Shown here piece after piece: positions 52,194 to 62,118 of a stretch of 64,000 nt of DNA; within the stretch, counting starts at the first letter, position 1, and the number at the start of each line of letters is the position of its first letter. The stretch lies in assembly GCA_963810935.1 (NCBI GenBank), contig CAWEPK010000010.1, forward strand, positions 288,001 to 352,000. Reading direction: 5' to 3'. A model generated the notes under the pieces. The model was not told where the DNA came from. It saw only the letters and a list, made by a program, of their open reading frames with translations, and did not search any database. The DNA is from an uncultured delta proteobacterium. GTDB taxonomy: Bacteria > Desulfobacterota > Syntrophorhabdia > Syntrophorhabdales > WCHB1-27. The translations under genes were made by a program, and so were the position numbers.

Positions 52194-52682
52194 TTACGCC
52201 TTCCTTAAATACGAGATCAGCCCAATGCAGTCCTTCGCTCCAAGGCGACCGATTGCCATTGTTGCATAGACGGCGTTTGCTATCTTACCATTCGGATCGA
52301 TAACAAAACCGCTCGGCTGGAGGTATCCCTTCTCGCCTTCGTAAAACACGCCGGTCTTCGATGATATCTCCTTCGCATTAAGCCCGTATGCCAGAGGGAA
52401 GGAAATCTTGAGTTCGTCTGCCATCTTGCGTGTGTCTCCAAGGCTGTCTACAGACCCGGCTAACAGTCCTATATCCATCTTCCGAAGCTCGTCGGCGGCG
52501 TTCGTGAAGTCAACTAACTGTTGACGGCAGATCGGTCACCAGTAACCGCGATAAACGAGCAGAATGCGCCAGCGTCCACCCATGTCTTCAGGAAACACTA
52601 TCCTTTCCCCGTCGATCACATTGAACTCAAGGCTGGGAAACTTGTCCTCCGTATCCAACAGCCTTACTGCTTCCCGCGCCAT
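52194..52682 (-). CDS. Peroxiredoxin-like (AhpC/TSA) selenoprotein with UxxC motif
   Basis: ATG 52682 with AGGAGG RBS reads MAREAVRLLDTEDKFP...VYRGYW-TGA-PICRQQL in frame with the 52194..52478 ORF; TGA at 52536-52538 occupies the first Cys of CxxC. Confidence 0.88.
52509..52525 (-). promoter_or_regulatory. Candidate bacterial SECIS hairpin
   Basis: GTCAAC-AGTTA-GTTGAC stem-loop beginning 10 nt after the UGA. Confidence 0.55.
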
Positions 52683-52819
52683 ACCGCACCTCCTGACATC
52701 ATTTGGCCTTCCAATCTCTGTTCTAATTTAAGCCCCCGGATGTCTGTTGTCTAAAAGAGTCTCCTCGTGCTCGGTTATTTGAGGAAGGGTTAACGGAAAC
52801 AAAATGCTGTCTTATCTAC

Positions 52820-53320
52820 TTACCTCTCCCACTCATAGAACTCGGTCGCCTTGGATTCAAGTTCTCTCCTTGCCGTCATCTTCTTCACGTCTAGAACGAT
52901 TGCCCTTGCTTCAAGGAAAGATGATTCGGATGGCTCAAAGTTATCCTTGCCGTAGTACTTCATGAATTTGATGAATACGTCCCGAAACTCCTTCGGGTCT
53001 TCAATGTACCTTGCCGTGCCGTATGCGATGACGCTCTCCCATTTGCCGTGACAATTCTGCCTGTCTTTGAAATCTTCCGGAGACCCGTAGTACTTCATGA
53101 TCGTATAGACAACGGATGGGTTCCTTTTTATGTAATCAGCCTTCTTTCCGCCGAGGCCGCAGTGAAAGTAGAACTTCCCGTTCTCGTAGGCGTGATTCAG
53201 CGGTATGGCATAGGGTTCGCTTTCGTGACTGAAGGAGAGGATGCCGTGGTATGTCCCTTTGATGATAGCTTCGCACTCTGCATTGTTTCGTTCCGGAGGT
53301 CTGATCCTGAACTTCGCCAT
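52820..53320 (-). CDS. Pyridoxamine 5'-phosphate oxidase-like / NimA family flavin-binding protein
   Basis: PYAIPLN, FYFHC..GKK..I..NP.V, WESVIAYG. Confidence 0.85.
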   Translation of the reverse strand: MAKFRIRPPERNNAECEAIIKGTYHGILSFSHESEPYAIPLNHAYENGKFYFHCGLGGKKADYIKRNPSVVYTIMKYYGSPEDFKDRQNCHGKWESVIAYGTARYIEDPKEFRDVFIKFMKYYGKDNFEPSESSFLEARAIVLDVKKMTARRELESKATEFYEWER

Positions 53321-53417
53321 AGGTTCTCCTCGTCTAACGGTGTCCTTAGGTTCCTTCCAGTCCTTGCCTTCCTCATGTGAAGGAAAAGACTGGAGAGAAG
53401 TCTACCACGACGGCGGT

Positions 53418-53448
53418 AAATAGTGCGAAAAGGGCTTTCGCACTATTT
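53418..53448. terminator. Intrinsic terminator downstream of tmRNA
   Basis: AAATAGTGCGAAA-agggc-TTTCGCACTATTT. Confidence 0.75.
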
Positions 53449-53482
53449 TGACCTCTGTAACCTATTAAACTTACAAAGTAAA

Positions 53483-53833
53483 TGGTGGAGGCGGCGGGAA
53501 TCGAACCCGCGTCCAGAGAACAAGAACCTAAGGAGCCTACATGCTTAGTCGGTGTTTTAAATCTCGGAATCGAGGACACCCACCGACCGGTTTCCTCTCT
53601 TCCCAGCCTGTAAAGTTTCGCCTTTCTTCACAGGTATCGCGAAAGGCTATCCCACTTGCATTACACCCGGTTGGACTAAGAAGCGGGAGGAAAGTCCAGC
53701 GAATGTGGCCGGTCTAAGCGGCCAGTGCGTAGTCTGTTTCTGCGTTTGTGTTTAGTTTCCACCTGATAACGGGCAGATAGAACCCCGGCATGCCTCCTTG
53801 ACCCTTCTTTCCCTGTCGAGACCATTCGCCCCC
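53483..53833 (-). ncRNA. ssrA: tmRNA; tag peptide (A)AETDYALAA* at 53714-53743
   Basis: 5' GGGGGCGAATGGTCTCGAC, 3' GCGGGTTCGATTCCCGCCGCCTCCACCA, YALAA tag, adjacent smpB. Confidence 0.97.
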
Positions 53834-53835
53834 AT

Positions 53836-54288
53836 TTATCTGAGACGTCCTTCACGGTCGTTGATGCGCTTCTCGTCTTTAGCCTTTATGTCATGGCGCT
53901 TATCGATGTTGGTCTTTCCTTTCGCCAGGCCTATCTCAAGCTTCACCTTGTTCCTGTCGTTGAAATACATCGAAAGCGGGATGAGCGTATAGCCCCTTTC
54001 CTTGACCTTGCCATAAAGGCGTCTCAACTCGTAGCGGTGCATCAGCAGCTTCCTGTCGCGCTTCGGCTCGTGGTTATATATATTGCCGCACGAATACGGG
54101 CTGATATGCGCGTTCACCAGGAAAAGCTCCCCGCCCTTCACCCGCGCGAAGGCATCGTTCAGGTTCGCCTTGCCTTCCCTTAGGGCCTTCACCTCGGTCC
54201 CTGTCAGGGCAACGCCCGCCTCGAACTTATCCTCCACGCTGAAGTTATGGTAAGCCTTTCTGTTAGTGCTGATTGTCTTCACGACCAT
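53836..54288 (-). CDS. smpB: SsrA-binding protein SmpB (start 54288 ATG or 54282 GTG)
   Basis: NRKAYHNF, EAGVALTGTEVK, RKLLMH, AKGK. Confidence 0.97.
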   Translation of the reverse strand: MVVKTISTNRKAYHNFSVEDKFEAGVALTGTEVKALREGKANLNDAFARVKGGELFLVNAHISPYSCGNIYNHEPKRDRKLLMHRYELRRLYGKVKERGYTLIPLSMYFNDRNKVKLEIGLAKGKTNIDKRHDIKAKDEKRINDREGRLR

Positions 54289-54355
54289 ATTATAACACAT
54301 CGGGGGACTAAATGAGGGGTTGCGGCACGAAAGGCCGGGGACACAGGAAACCCTT

Positions 54356-56557
54356 TCACGCCCGGAAAACGGGGATCTCGATGACCATCCGGGTCCCTCT
54401 GGGATGGTTGTCCTGCGCGTTGATCCTGCCCCCCAGCTCCATGATGATCGAGTTGACGATGGCTAACCCTAAGCCCATGCCGTCATGGTTTTTTGTGAAA
54501 TATGGGTCGAAAACGCGTGATTTGTCCTCGTCTTTTATGCCCGGACCCGTATCGGACAGCTCTATGCGCACGATGCTTTTGGCCTTGTCGTACCGGGTGC
54601 CTGCGCTGATCGTCCCGGCGTCCGTGCCTATCGCCTTTATCGAGTTCGTCACCAGGTTGATGAGCGCCCTCTTCATCTTGTCCCTGTCCATCCTGACGGG
54701 CGGCACCCAGTCTCCCTCGAAAAGGAACTCTATGGCCGGAAAAAGGCTCCGGTAGATGGACAGCGTCTCCTCGACCACCGCGTTCAGGTCTTCCATCACG
54801 AGGCTCGACGTATTGGCCGCCGTAAGCTTCGTGAGCTCGTTGACCATGGCGGTTATGTCGTTCGACGAGCTGAGGATGACCGACGTGGTCTCGTCGAGCA
54901 CCTCCCTCTCCTTGCCCTGCGCGCTGGGCAGCACGCGCCGCCTGAGCCTCTCGGCAGAGAGCTTTATGGGCGTGAGGGGGTTCTTTATCTCGTGGGTAAG
55001 CCTCTTTGCTATCTCCCGCCACGTAGCCAGCTTTTCCGCGCGCACGATATGGGTGATATCGTCGAACGTGACGATGTAGCCTTCCGCCTTGCCCGCCTCG
55101 TTGCGCAGCGTAGTCAGAGAGGCGCGCAGGTGGAGGTTGTCGTTATGGACGGAAAGCCTCATCTCCGTGGAAAGCGCCTCGCCTTCCTGCCGTATGCCCC
55201 GGAGGAACGCCTTCACGATCTGCCTGAACTCCCTGCCCGCAAAGCGCCTTATGTGGCTGTAAAGCCAGTCGTCTTCCCCGACCCTCAGGATGTTCTTGGC
55301 CGCCCGGTTCATGAGGAGCATGCGGCCTCTTACGTCCGTCGTTATGATGCCCGTTGCCACGTTGTCGAGGATGACCTCCATGTATTTCGTCTTTTCCTCG
55401 ATCTCGTCCTTAGCGATCTTCAGCTCCCTGGCCATCCTGTTGAAAGCGGAGACGAGCGTTCCTATCTCGTCCTTGCCCCTTTCCTCTTCCAGGTTGATGT
55501 CGAACCTTCCGCCCGCTATTATAGCGGCCCCTTCCTTCATCCTCTCCAGCGGGACCGTTATCTCCGTGGCCATCTTGATGCCTATCCAGATGGAGAGAAA
55601 GATGGATAATATAGTGATGAGGAAAAGGGGGATCACGAAGCTGTATTTGAGGATCTTCTTGAAGGGCCTCGCATCCTTGAATTCTCTGAAAGTGGACGAT
55701 ATCTGCCTGACGCTCTGCTGGCCCCGCACCCCTATCTTCTCACCGAGAAACAGCAGCGCTCTCGGCCGGCCCGAATCGTCCGGTATGGCAGTGAGGAAAA
55801 GGAGCAGCTCGCCGTCCCCCAGAGGGACTATCTGTCTCGAATCCTGGCTCTTCCTTAGCGCCTTCGACTTCTCGATAAGGAGCTTGCTCATCCGCTCGTC
55901 GAGGCCGCTGTAGCTGCTGATCGGCTGACCTGAAAGGTCGAGCAGCGCGAGGTAGCCCAAGAAATTAGCTTTTCCCTCCCTCCCGATGAACGATTTGAGC
56001 GCCCGGCTGTCGTCGAGCAAGTCCTTCTCTCTTATCTCACGGGCGAGCACCTTCCCCATGCGCTCGTACCTGCCGAACAGGTCTTCATAATAGAACTGCG
56101 AGAGGTCGCGGGCGGTTTCCAGGGTGTTTTCCACTTTCTGGCTGAACCACTTGTCCATGCTCGTATAGAAAAAACCGGTAGTCAGGATGAAGAGCATGAA
56201 GGATGAGATCATGGAAGTGGAGAAGACCGTCAAGGTGAGCTTTGTCTTCAGCCCGGAGCCCCAGATGCCCCTTTTCTTTTCGATGTATGTCTTGAGCAGT
56301 ATGCGGCTCGCTATGAAGATGAGCAGCATGATCAAAAGGAAGTTCAGGTTGAGGATAGCGATAAGGAGCTTGTTGTCGAGGACGGGCATGAACTTCTGGA
56401 AGAATGGCAGGTTGGTTTCCAGGTAGACGAGGATAAGGCAGGCCGCTATGCACGCCAGGCCGTATGCGATGTTCGCGCGGTGCTTCCACGCGAACCTCTT
56501 CTCGCCGGTCGGTTCCGTCGTTTTTCCCTGTCCGCCGGGCTTTTCCGCCTCTGTCAT
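54356..56557 (-). CDS. NtrY-like HAMP-PAS sensor histidine kinase
   Basis: TM region, HAMP, PAS, WREIAKRLTHEIKNPLTPIKLSAERL. Confidence 0.9.
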   Translation of the reverse strand: MTEAEKPGGQGKTTEPTGEKRFAWKHRANIAYGLACIAACLILVYLETNLPFFQKFMPVLDNKLLIAILNLNFLLIMLLIFIASRILLKTYIEKKRGIWGSGLKTKLTLTVFSTSMISSFMLFILTTGFFYTSMDKWFSQKVENTLETARDLSQFYYEDLFGRYERMGKVLAREIREKDLLDDSRALKSFIGREGKANFLGYLALLDLSGQPISSYSGLDERMSKLLIEKSKALRKSQDSRQIVPLGDGELLLFLTAIPDDSGRPRALLFLGEKIGVRGQQSVRQISSTFREFKDARPFKKILKYSFVIPLFLITILSIFLSIWIGIKMATEITVPLERMKEGAAIIAGGRFDINLEEERGKDEIGTLVSAFNRMARELKIAKDEIEEKTKYMEVILDNVATGIITTDVRGRMLLMNRAAKNILRVGEDDWLYSHIRRFAGREFRQIVKAFLRGIRQEGEALSTEMRLSVHNDNLHLRASLTTLRNEAGKAEGYIVTFDDITHIVRAEKLATWREIAKRLTHEIKNPLTPIKLSAERLRRRVLPSAQGKEREVLDETTSVILSSSNDITAMVNELTKLTAANTSSLVMEDLNAVVEETLSIYRSLFPAIEFLFEGDWVPPVRMDRDKMKRALINLVTNSIKAIGTDAGTISAGTRYDKAKSIVRIELSDTGPGIKDEDKSRVFDPYFTKNHDGMGLGLAIVNSIIMELGGRINAQDNHPRGTRMVIEIPVFRA

Positions 56558-57273
56558 GCTCCCGTCTCCTTCACCATGGCAAAGTTTACCATCCTGCCCG
56601 GCCGCCCGTCACGCCGCGCCGAGAAAAAGAGGTCCGCCCTGCAAGACGTACAGATGTCCACGTCGTCGATGCGGCCGACGCCGACGCTTGCCAGGGTCTC
56701 GCGGTTCGCCTGCCTCAAGTCGAGGGATGTCGCGCCTTCCCTCTCCCCGAAGATGCTGTCGCCGAACCCCGCCTCATGAAAGGCGGCGGCTACGTCGCTT
56801 CCGATATTATAGCAGCATCGGCCGATGCCGGGCCCTATAATAGCGCCGAGCTGCCCGGCAGCGTGCCCCCGGCCGGCAAGCGCCCCCACTGCCCTGCTGA
56901 CGATGCGCGCCGCTGTCCCGCGCCAGCCCGCGTGTACGATGGCGCAGGCCGAGCCGTCTTGTGCATAGAGGATTACCGGCAGGCAGTCGGCCGTCTTTAT
57001 GACCCCTATGACCCCCGGCTCGAAAAGGACAAGGCCGTCTCCCACGGCCGGCCTCATTCCCGCTTCTATTACATGGACGTCCGCGCCGTGCACCTGGTTG
57101 AGGACGACCATCTCTTTTGCGCCAAGGGCGGCAATGAATGCGTCCCTCCGGGCGGCGTCGGCCAGTATGGCCTCCGACGGGCGCGTCATGAAACCCGCCG
57201 CAATCCCCGCCTCATCCAGGGCGGCGAAACCGAAGTAAGGGAAACCGGTTATCTCTCGAAGCTCATACTGCAT
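56554..57273 (-). CDS. pgeF: YfiH/PgeF (laccase-domain) protein
   Basis: QVHG, TADCLPV, HAGWRG, GPGIGRCCY, FFSARR. Confidence 0.92.
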   Translation of the reverse strand: MQYELREITGFPYFGFAALDEAGIAAGFMTRPSEAILADAARRDAFIAALGAKEMVVLNQVHGADVHVIEAGMRPAVGDGLVLFEPGVIGVIKTADCLPVILYAQDGSACAIVHAGWRGTAARIVSRAVGALAGRGHAAGQLGAIIGPGIGRCCYNIGSDVAAAFHEAGFGDSIFGEREGATSLDLRQANRETLASVGVGRIDDVDICTSCRADLFFSARRDGRPGRMVNFAMVKETGA

Positions 57274-58159
57274 GTTCCCTCACGAACGTCTCCACGTCGG
57301 GCGCCACCGGCGCCTCCACCGTTACGCGGCTGCCGCTTGCCGGGTGGTCGAAGCTTATGCGGTAGGCGTGGAGCAGCGGCCTGTCAGCCAGGCTTTTCGC
57401 CCGCTTCCCGTAAAGCTCGTCGCCTACTATCGGATGTCCCAGGCGCGTCATGTGGACGCGTATCTGGTGCGTCCTGCCTGTCTTCGGATAGACCTCGACA
57501 TAAGTGAAGCCTTTCAGCCTTTCAAGCACTTTGTATCGCGAAAAGGAGTACCTTCCGCCCTTCGTCACGAGATCCATCCGCTTCCTGTCCGTCGGGTGCC
57601 TGCCGATCTGCCCTTCCACTACCCCTTCATGGGCGCTCACGGCCCCTTCGACAACCGCCCGGTAGGTCTTTTCCACTATCCTGTCGTGGAACTGACGGGA
57701 AAGCGCCTCCTGCGTCCGGGCGTCCTTCGCCACGATTATGACGCCCGTCGTGCCCCTGTCGAGCCTGTGGACGATGCCCGGCCTTTCATCGCCGCTGCCT
57801 ACGTCTTTGAGGTAGCTGAGTATGGCATTGACGAGCGTCCCCCTTGCGTGGCCCAGGGAGGGGTGGACGACCATATCTTTCGGCTTGTCGATCACGAGAA
57901 GGTAATCGTCTTCGTAAAGGATGCTGACGGGGATGTCTTCGGCAACGAGCAGGACAGGCCCTTCCGCGACTATCTCGCCTTCGATCTCTACGTCCCGGCG
58001 TACCTTGAAGGACGATTTGGGTACCTTGTCCCCCACCCTTACGTGACCTTCTTCGATGAGCCTTTTGACCTTCGACCTCGGCAGGGAAAGCCTCTCCGAG
58101 AGATAAACGTCGATCCTTACATTGTCAGCGTCCGCCCGGAGGCGGAACTTATCTTCCAT
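57263..58159 (-). CDS. rluD: RluA-family 23S rRNA pseudouridine synthase
   Basis: S4 domain, IVHRLDRGTTG, TGRTHQIRVH, PIVGD. Confidence 0.92.
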   Translation of the reverse strand: MEDKFRLRADADNVRIDVYLSERLSLPRSKVKRLIEEGHVRVGDKVPKSSFKVRRDVEIEGEIVAEGPVLLVAEDIPVSILYEDDYLLVIDKPKDMVVHPSLGHARGTLVNAILSYLKDVGSGDERPGIVHRLDRGTTGVIIVAKDARTQEALSRQFHDRIVEKTYRAVVEGAVSAHEGVVEGQIGRHPTDRKRMDLVTKGGRYSFSRYKVLERLKGFTYVEVYPKTGRTHQIRVHMTRLGHPIVGDELYGKRAKSLADRPLLHAYRISFDHPASGSRVTVEAPVAPDVETFVREHAV

Positions 58160-59537
58160 CCCGAAGTGCTTCCGAGACGGCGACCGGCAGGTAGGCTTCA
58201 TCCTCTTCCTGCACCGTACGCGCGTCGATGAGAAAACGTCCTTTCTCTATCCGTCCGATAACGGGGACTTCGAGCTTCCTCATGGCCCGCTCGAACTTCT
58301 CGACGGAAAAGCGTGCGGGCAGAAGCGACAGGCCGAAGGACAGAATGGAGACATCGGGGAGGCTGCCGCCGCCCACTTCAGAAGAGAGTTTCACCACTTC
58401 AACGGCTACACCCGGCACCGCCTTTTTGATGCCCCGGGCGATACGAACCGCCCTCCGCTTAACAACGGCGACGTCCTCGTGGAGCATGCGCAAGACAGGT
58501 ATCTCCCGCCCGGCCTTCTCCTTGTCGAGGTGCAAGAGTAGCGTCGCCTCAAGGGCGGCGAGCGTGAACTTGTCGGGCCGCAGTGCCCGCGTCAGCGGAT
58601 TCCTTTTCATGGCCGCTATGTACTCGTCCTTGCCGGTGAGGATACCCGCCTGGGGGCCGCCGAGGAGCTTGTCGCCCGAGAACGAGACGACGTCCGCTTT
58701 TCGGGCCTCCTCCGATACCAGCGGCTCGCCGTGCCCGGTGAAAGTGCCGGAGTCGGAGAGGAGTCCACTGCCTGCGTCGTAATAGAAAGGGATATGACGG
58801 CTAGCCGCGACTCCGGCAAGCTCGGCGCTCGTCGCCTCGTGGACAAACCCCCTGATCCTGTAGTTGCTCGTGTGGGCCTTCATGATGAGCGCCGTCTTCT
58901 CGCCTATGGCCTGCTCGTAGTCCTCCACGAAGGTCCTGTTCGTGGTGCCCACCTCCCGCAGGACGCACCCGCTTCTTTCCATGACCTCCGGTATCCTGAA
59001 GGCGCCCCCTATCTCGATCAGCTCGCCTCTGCTTATGATTACCTCACCGCCGAGCGCAAACGTATTGAGGGCAAGAAGGACCGCAGCCGCGTTGTTATTG
59101 ACTATCAGCGCAGATTCCGCGCCCGTCAGCCTGGCGAGCAGCGAAACGCAGTGGGTGTAGCGGTCGCCCCGCTTGCCTTCGGCTAGGTCATATTCCAGGT
59201 TGGAGTAGCCGGAGGCTACTTCCACCAGCCGTGCAACCGCGTCTGCTGCGAGGGGCGAGCGGCCGAGGTTCGTATGTATTATCACGCCCGTACCGTTTAT
59301 TACTTTTTTGAGCGCCGGCTTAATCGACAGGGCGGTCCGCTTCTCCGCATCCTGTATGAGCGCCTCCGCCGTCGGTATATCCTTGACGCTTCCTGCGATG
59401 ACCGCCGCCCGCAGCTCTTCGAGCACCTCGCGCAGCCGGTCCTTTGCCAGTTGCGCGGGGTAGGCGGACAGCGCCTGCCATGCCGCGTGCTTCAGCAGGT
59501 CGTCCACTTTGGGTATCTTGCGCAGCAGGTCCTTCAT
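58149..59537 (-). CDS. selA: L-seryl-tRNA(Sec) selenium transferase
   Basis: VINGTGVIIHTNLGR, VNNNAAAV, EVGTTN, FSGDKLLGGPQAG. Confidence 0.96.
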   Translation of the reverse strand: MKDLLRKIPKVDDLLKHAAWQALSAYPAQLAKDRLREVLEELRAAVIAGSVKDIPTAEALIQDAEKRTALSIKPALKKVINGTGVIIHTNLGRSPLAADAVARLVEVASGYSNLEYDLAEGKRGDRYTHCVSLLARLTGAESALIVNNNAAAVLLALNTFALGGEVIISRGELIEIGGAFRIPEVMERSGCVLREVGTTNRTFVEDYEQAIGEKTALIMKAHTSNYRIRGFVHEATSAELAGVAASRHIPFYYDAGSGLLSDSGTFTGHGEPLVSEEARKADVVSFSGDKLLGGPQAGILTGKDEYIAAMKRNPLTRALRPDKFTLAALEATLLLHLDKEKAGREIPVLRMLHEDVAVVKRRAVRIARGIKKAVPGVAVEVVKLSSEVGGGSLPDVSILSFGLSLLPARFSVEKFERAMRKLEVPVIGRIEKGRFLIDARTVQEEDEAYLPVAVSEALRDGR

Positions 59538-61234
59538 CGTCCGGCGATCGTCTTTAGAATTTTGAAGAGGTTCATCCGCAATATACCGGTCGGCCATTCA
59601 AGCTCCTTTTTTTCGCCGATTGTGCTGATGTTCTTCTCCATGTCGATGCGCAGCTCCGCCATTCTTTTTTCCCTGTCGGGACCATCCATCTCCATGACCC
59701 GGTCGATCTCCCTGACCGCATCGAGCGAAAAGCCTATCTTCTTTTCGACTTGCCTGTATGTCTCCGCCGGGATGAGACCGTGCGCCATTTTCACGTTGTT
59801 CAGGGCAAGGGCCGCGCGATACGTACTGTCCACTATTTCGTCCCGGTTCATCCACTGCGTCTCGTAATTGAGAAAATACTTCCAGCCGGGGTTTTTCATC
59901 GCCTGTCTGTGCGACTCGACGTCCCTGAAGAAGAGCTTGTAGCCGTGCTCTTCGGGGGACTCGAAAACCATGCTTCCCGGATCGACGAAGGGGGCCAGAG
60001 GCGAGATGAACGGAGTGGTCACCTTTGACTTTCCGAGGCCCTTCAGAAGATCGTCGCAGTAATCAACCGTTTTCATTACCGACCCGTAGTCCTGGTAAGG
60101 CAACCCGATCATAAAAAACAGGTCGATCCGCCTGCACCCATATTGTATCAGAGTCTCGATCAGGGCCTCCATACTTTTGTTCGAATAGGGGCGGCCGAAG
60201 GCGTGCCGCACCTTCTCGTCGTGCGACTCCGGGGAGAGCTCTACGTTAAAGTTTCTTACTGCCTCGGCGATCATCCTGACGTGGGAGGTGTCCGGCGGGG
60301 TGAAGAACTCGAAGACAAAGTCGTTGCTCACGCGCTCCTTCCTGAGCAGTGATAACAACCTCTCTCCATACTCCGGCCCGTTCTGGAAAAGGTCGCCTAT
60401 AAGGAAGATAGGGCCCCTGAGGTGGGCCGCCACCTCCTTTATCTCGCCGACGAGAAGCTCGGGCGATTTAAAAGCGGCCCTCTCCCTGCACCCCATGTTC
60501 CTGAAGGCAAAGCGGGAGCCGCCGCACGTCTTGCAGTTGTACGTGCAGCCTCTGCAAGTAAAAATCGCGGTTATGGGGTAGCGCGGCCAGTTGACGAATG
60601 GGACATAGCCTGCGAAGTCCCTGTACCGCATGACCTTCCTGATGATGTGTCCGTAGTCCGTGCGGCTGTAATCGAGATCGTCCGGCACGAACGTCAGCGG
60701 GTTGACTGTAACAGTCCCTTTGTCGCGGAAGGATACGTTCGGGACGTCGTAGGGAAGCTCGCCTTTTTTAATGGCCTCCATCAGCAGACGCAGCGGCTCC
60801 TCCGTCGAATCGCCCCTCACAACGTAATCGACCGTCGGGTAGCGCTCCAGCAGCTCCTTATGGAAATAAGTGGAGGAGAGCCCGCCGAAGATCACGGGCG
60901 TTCCCGGATGGTGCTTCTTCACGATCTCGGATAAGGCTATCGCGCCCTGTATGTGGGGCATCCAATGGAGGTCAATGCCGAAGGCCCGTGCAGCGATGCG
61001 CTTGATCTCGGCTTCCGGGTCATAGCTCTTACTCTTCAGCATCTTGTATGCAACGTTGACGATCCTGACGGACAAGCCGAACCTATCCAGGTACTCCGAG
61101 AGGCTGGCAAAGCCGATGGGGTACATCTCGAAGATCGGCGTGGAAGGGATGACGTCGCTTATAGGCCCGTGGAGTACCGATTCCTTGCGGAAATCGTAGA
61201 CGCTCGGCGGATGGAGAAGAACAAGGTCAATCAT
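59534..61234 (-). CDS. B12-binding domain radical SAM protein (TIGR04190-like)
   Basis: LLHPPSVYDFR, GIDLHW, RGCTYNCKTC, PLAPFVDPGS. Confidence 0.88.
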   Translation of the reverse strand: MIDLVLLHPPSVYDFRKESVLHGPISDVIPSTPIFEMYPIGFASLSEYLDRFGLSVRIVNVAYKMLKSKSYDPEAEIKRIAARAFGIDLHWMPHIQGAIALSEIVKKHHPGTPVIFGGLSSTYFHKELLERYPTVDYVVRGDSTEEPLRLLMEAIKKGELPYDVPNVSFRDKGTVTVNPLTFVPDDLDYSRTDYGHIIRKVMRYRDFAGYVPFVNWPRYPITAIFTCRGCTYNCKTCGGSRFAFRNMGCRERAAFKSPELLVGEIKEVAAHLRGPIFLIGDLFQNGPEYGERLLSLLRKERVSNDFVFEFFTPPDTSHVRMIAEAVRNFNVELSPESHDEKVRHAFGRPYSNKSMEALIETLIQYGCRRIDLFFMIGLPYQDYGSVMKTVDYCDDLLKGLGKSKVTTPFISPLAPFVDPGSMVFESPEEHGYKLFFRDVESHRQAMKNPGWKYFLNYETQWMNRDEIVDSTYRAALALNNVKMAHGLIPAETYRQVEKKIGFSLDAVREIDRVMEMDGPDREKRMAELRIDMEKNISTIGEKKELEWPTGILRMNLFKILKTIAGR

Positions 61235-61326
61235 CGTATTTTGTAACATATCGTGCATAGCGAATCAATCGGGGCCGCGACCGGCAGCGGCTTGCAAATA
61301 CAGCGCCGGTTGAATATCATATACTG

Positions 61327-62118
61327 ATGAGCGACTTACTTGAATTCGCAGTCGACCTCGCCTTCGAGGCGGGCAGGATACAAAAAGAACGCTACCGGCA
61401 GCGCCACTCGATCTTCCACAAGGGGGAGATCGATATAGTCACGGACGTCGACCTTGCATGCCAGGAACGTCTCATCTCCCTGATTGCACAGCGCTTCCCC
61501 AAGGACCGCGTCATAAGCGAGGAGAAGGAGAACGTTTACGAAGGGGAAGGCAACAGGTGGATCATCGACCCCATCGACGGGACTACCAACTACGCGCACG
61601 GTTACCCGTTCTTTTGCGTGTCGGTAGCTTACGAGACGGCGGGCAGGGTCACCTGCGGCGTAGTTTACAACCCCATATTCGACGAGCTTTTCTTCGCCGA
61701 GGAGGGAAAGGGGTCGTACCTGAACGGCATGAAGCTGGAAGTATCGGAGACCGGCGATCTGAAGAAGTCCCTTCTGGTCACGGGCTTCCCTTACGATATA
61801 ACCACGAGCAGCATGAATAACGTCGACAATTTCGTCTCCTTTCTCCATCGCGCCCAGGCAGTGCGGCGGGATGGGTCAGCCGCCCTCAACCTCGCGTATG
61901 TGGCCGCAGGCCGTTTCGAGAGTTTCTGGGAGCTGAAGCTGAACCCGTGGGACGTAGCCGCAGGGGTGCTCATCGTAAAGGAAGCGGGCGGAGTCGTCAC
62001 CGATTTCGGCGGCAGCCCGTTCAGCATATACGGCGGACAGATAGTCGCCTCGAACGGCGTAGTCCACGAGGAGATGCTGCGCGTCCTTAAAGGGGACGGC
62101 AAGAAGAGGCAGGCTTGA
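61327..62118 (+). CDS. suhB: Inositol monophosphatase family
   Basis: WIIDPIDGTTNYAHG, GSAAL, WDVAAG. Confidence 0.93.
   Translation: MSDLLEFAVDLAFEAGRIQKERYRQRHSIFHKGEIDIVTDVDLACQERLISLIAQRFPKDRVISEEKENVYEGEGNRWIIDPIDGTTNYAHGYPFFCVSVAYETAGRVTCGVVYNPIFDELFFAEEGKGSYLNGMKLEVSETGDLKKSLLVTGFPYDITTSSMNNVDNFVSFLHRAQAVRRDGSAALNLAYVAAGRFESFWELKLNPWDVAAGVLIVKEAGGVVTDFGGSPFSIYGGQIVASNGVVHEEMLRVLKGDGKKRQA

Noticed and set aside
6465..53513. One 47-kb island bounded by tmRNA-derived att repeats
   Set aside because: The match covers only the generic T-arm, not the acceptor stem or CCA end, and no integrase is present.
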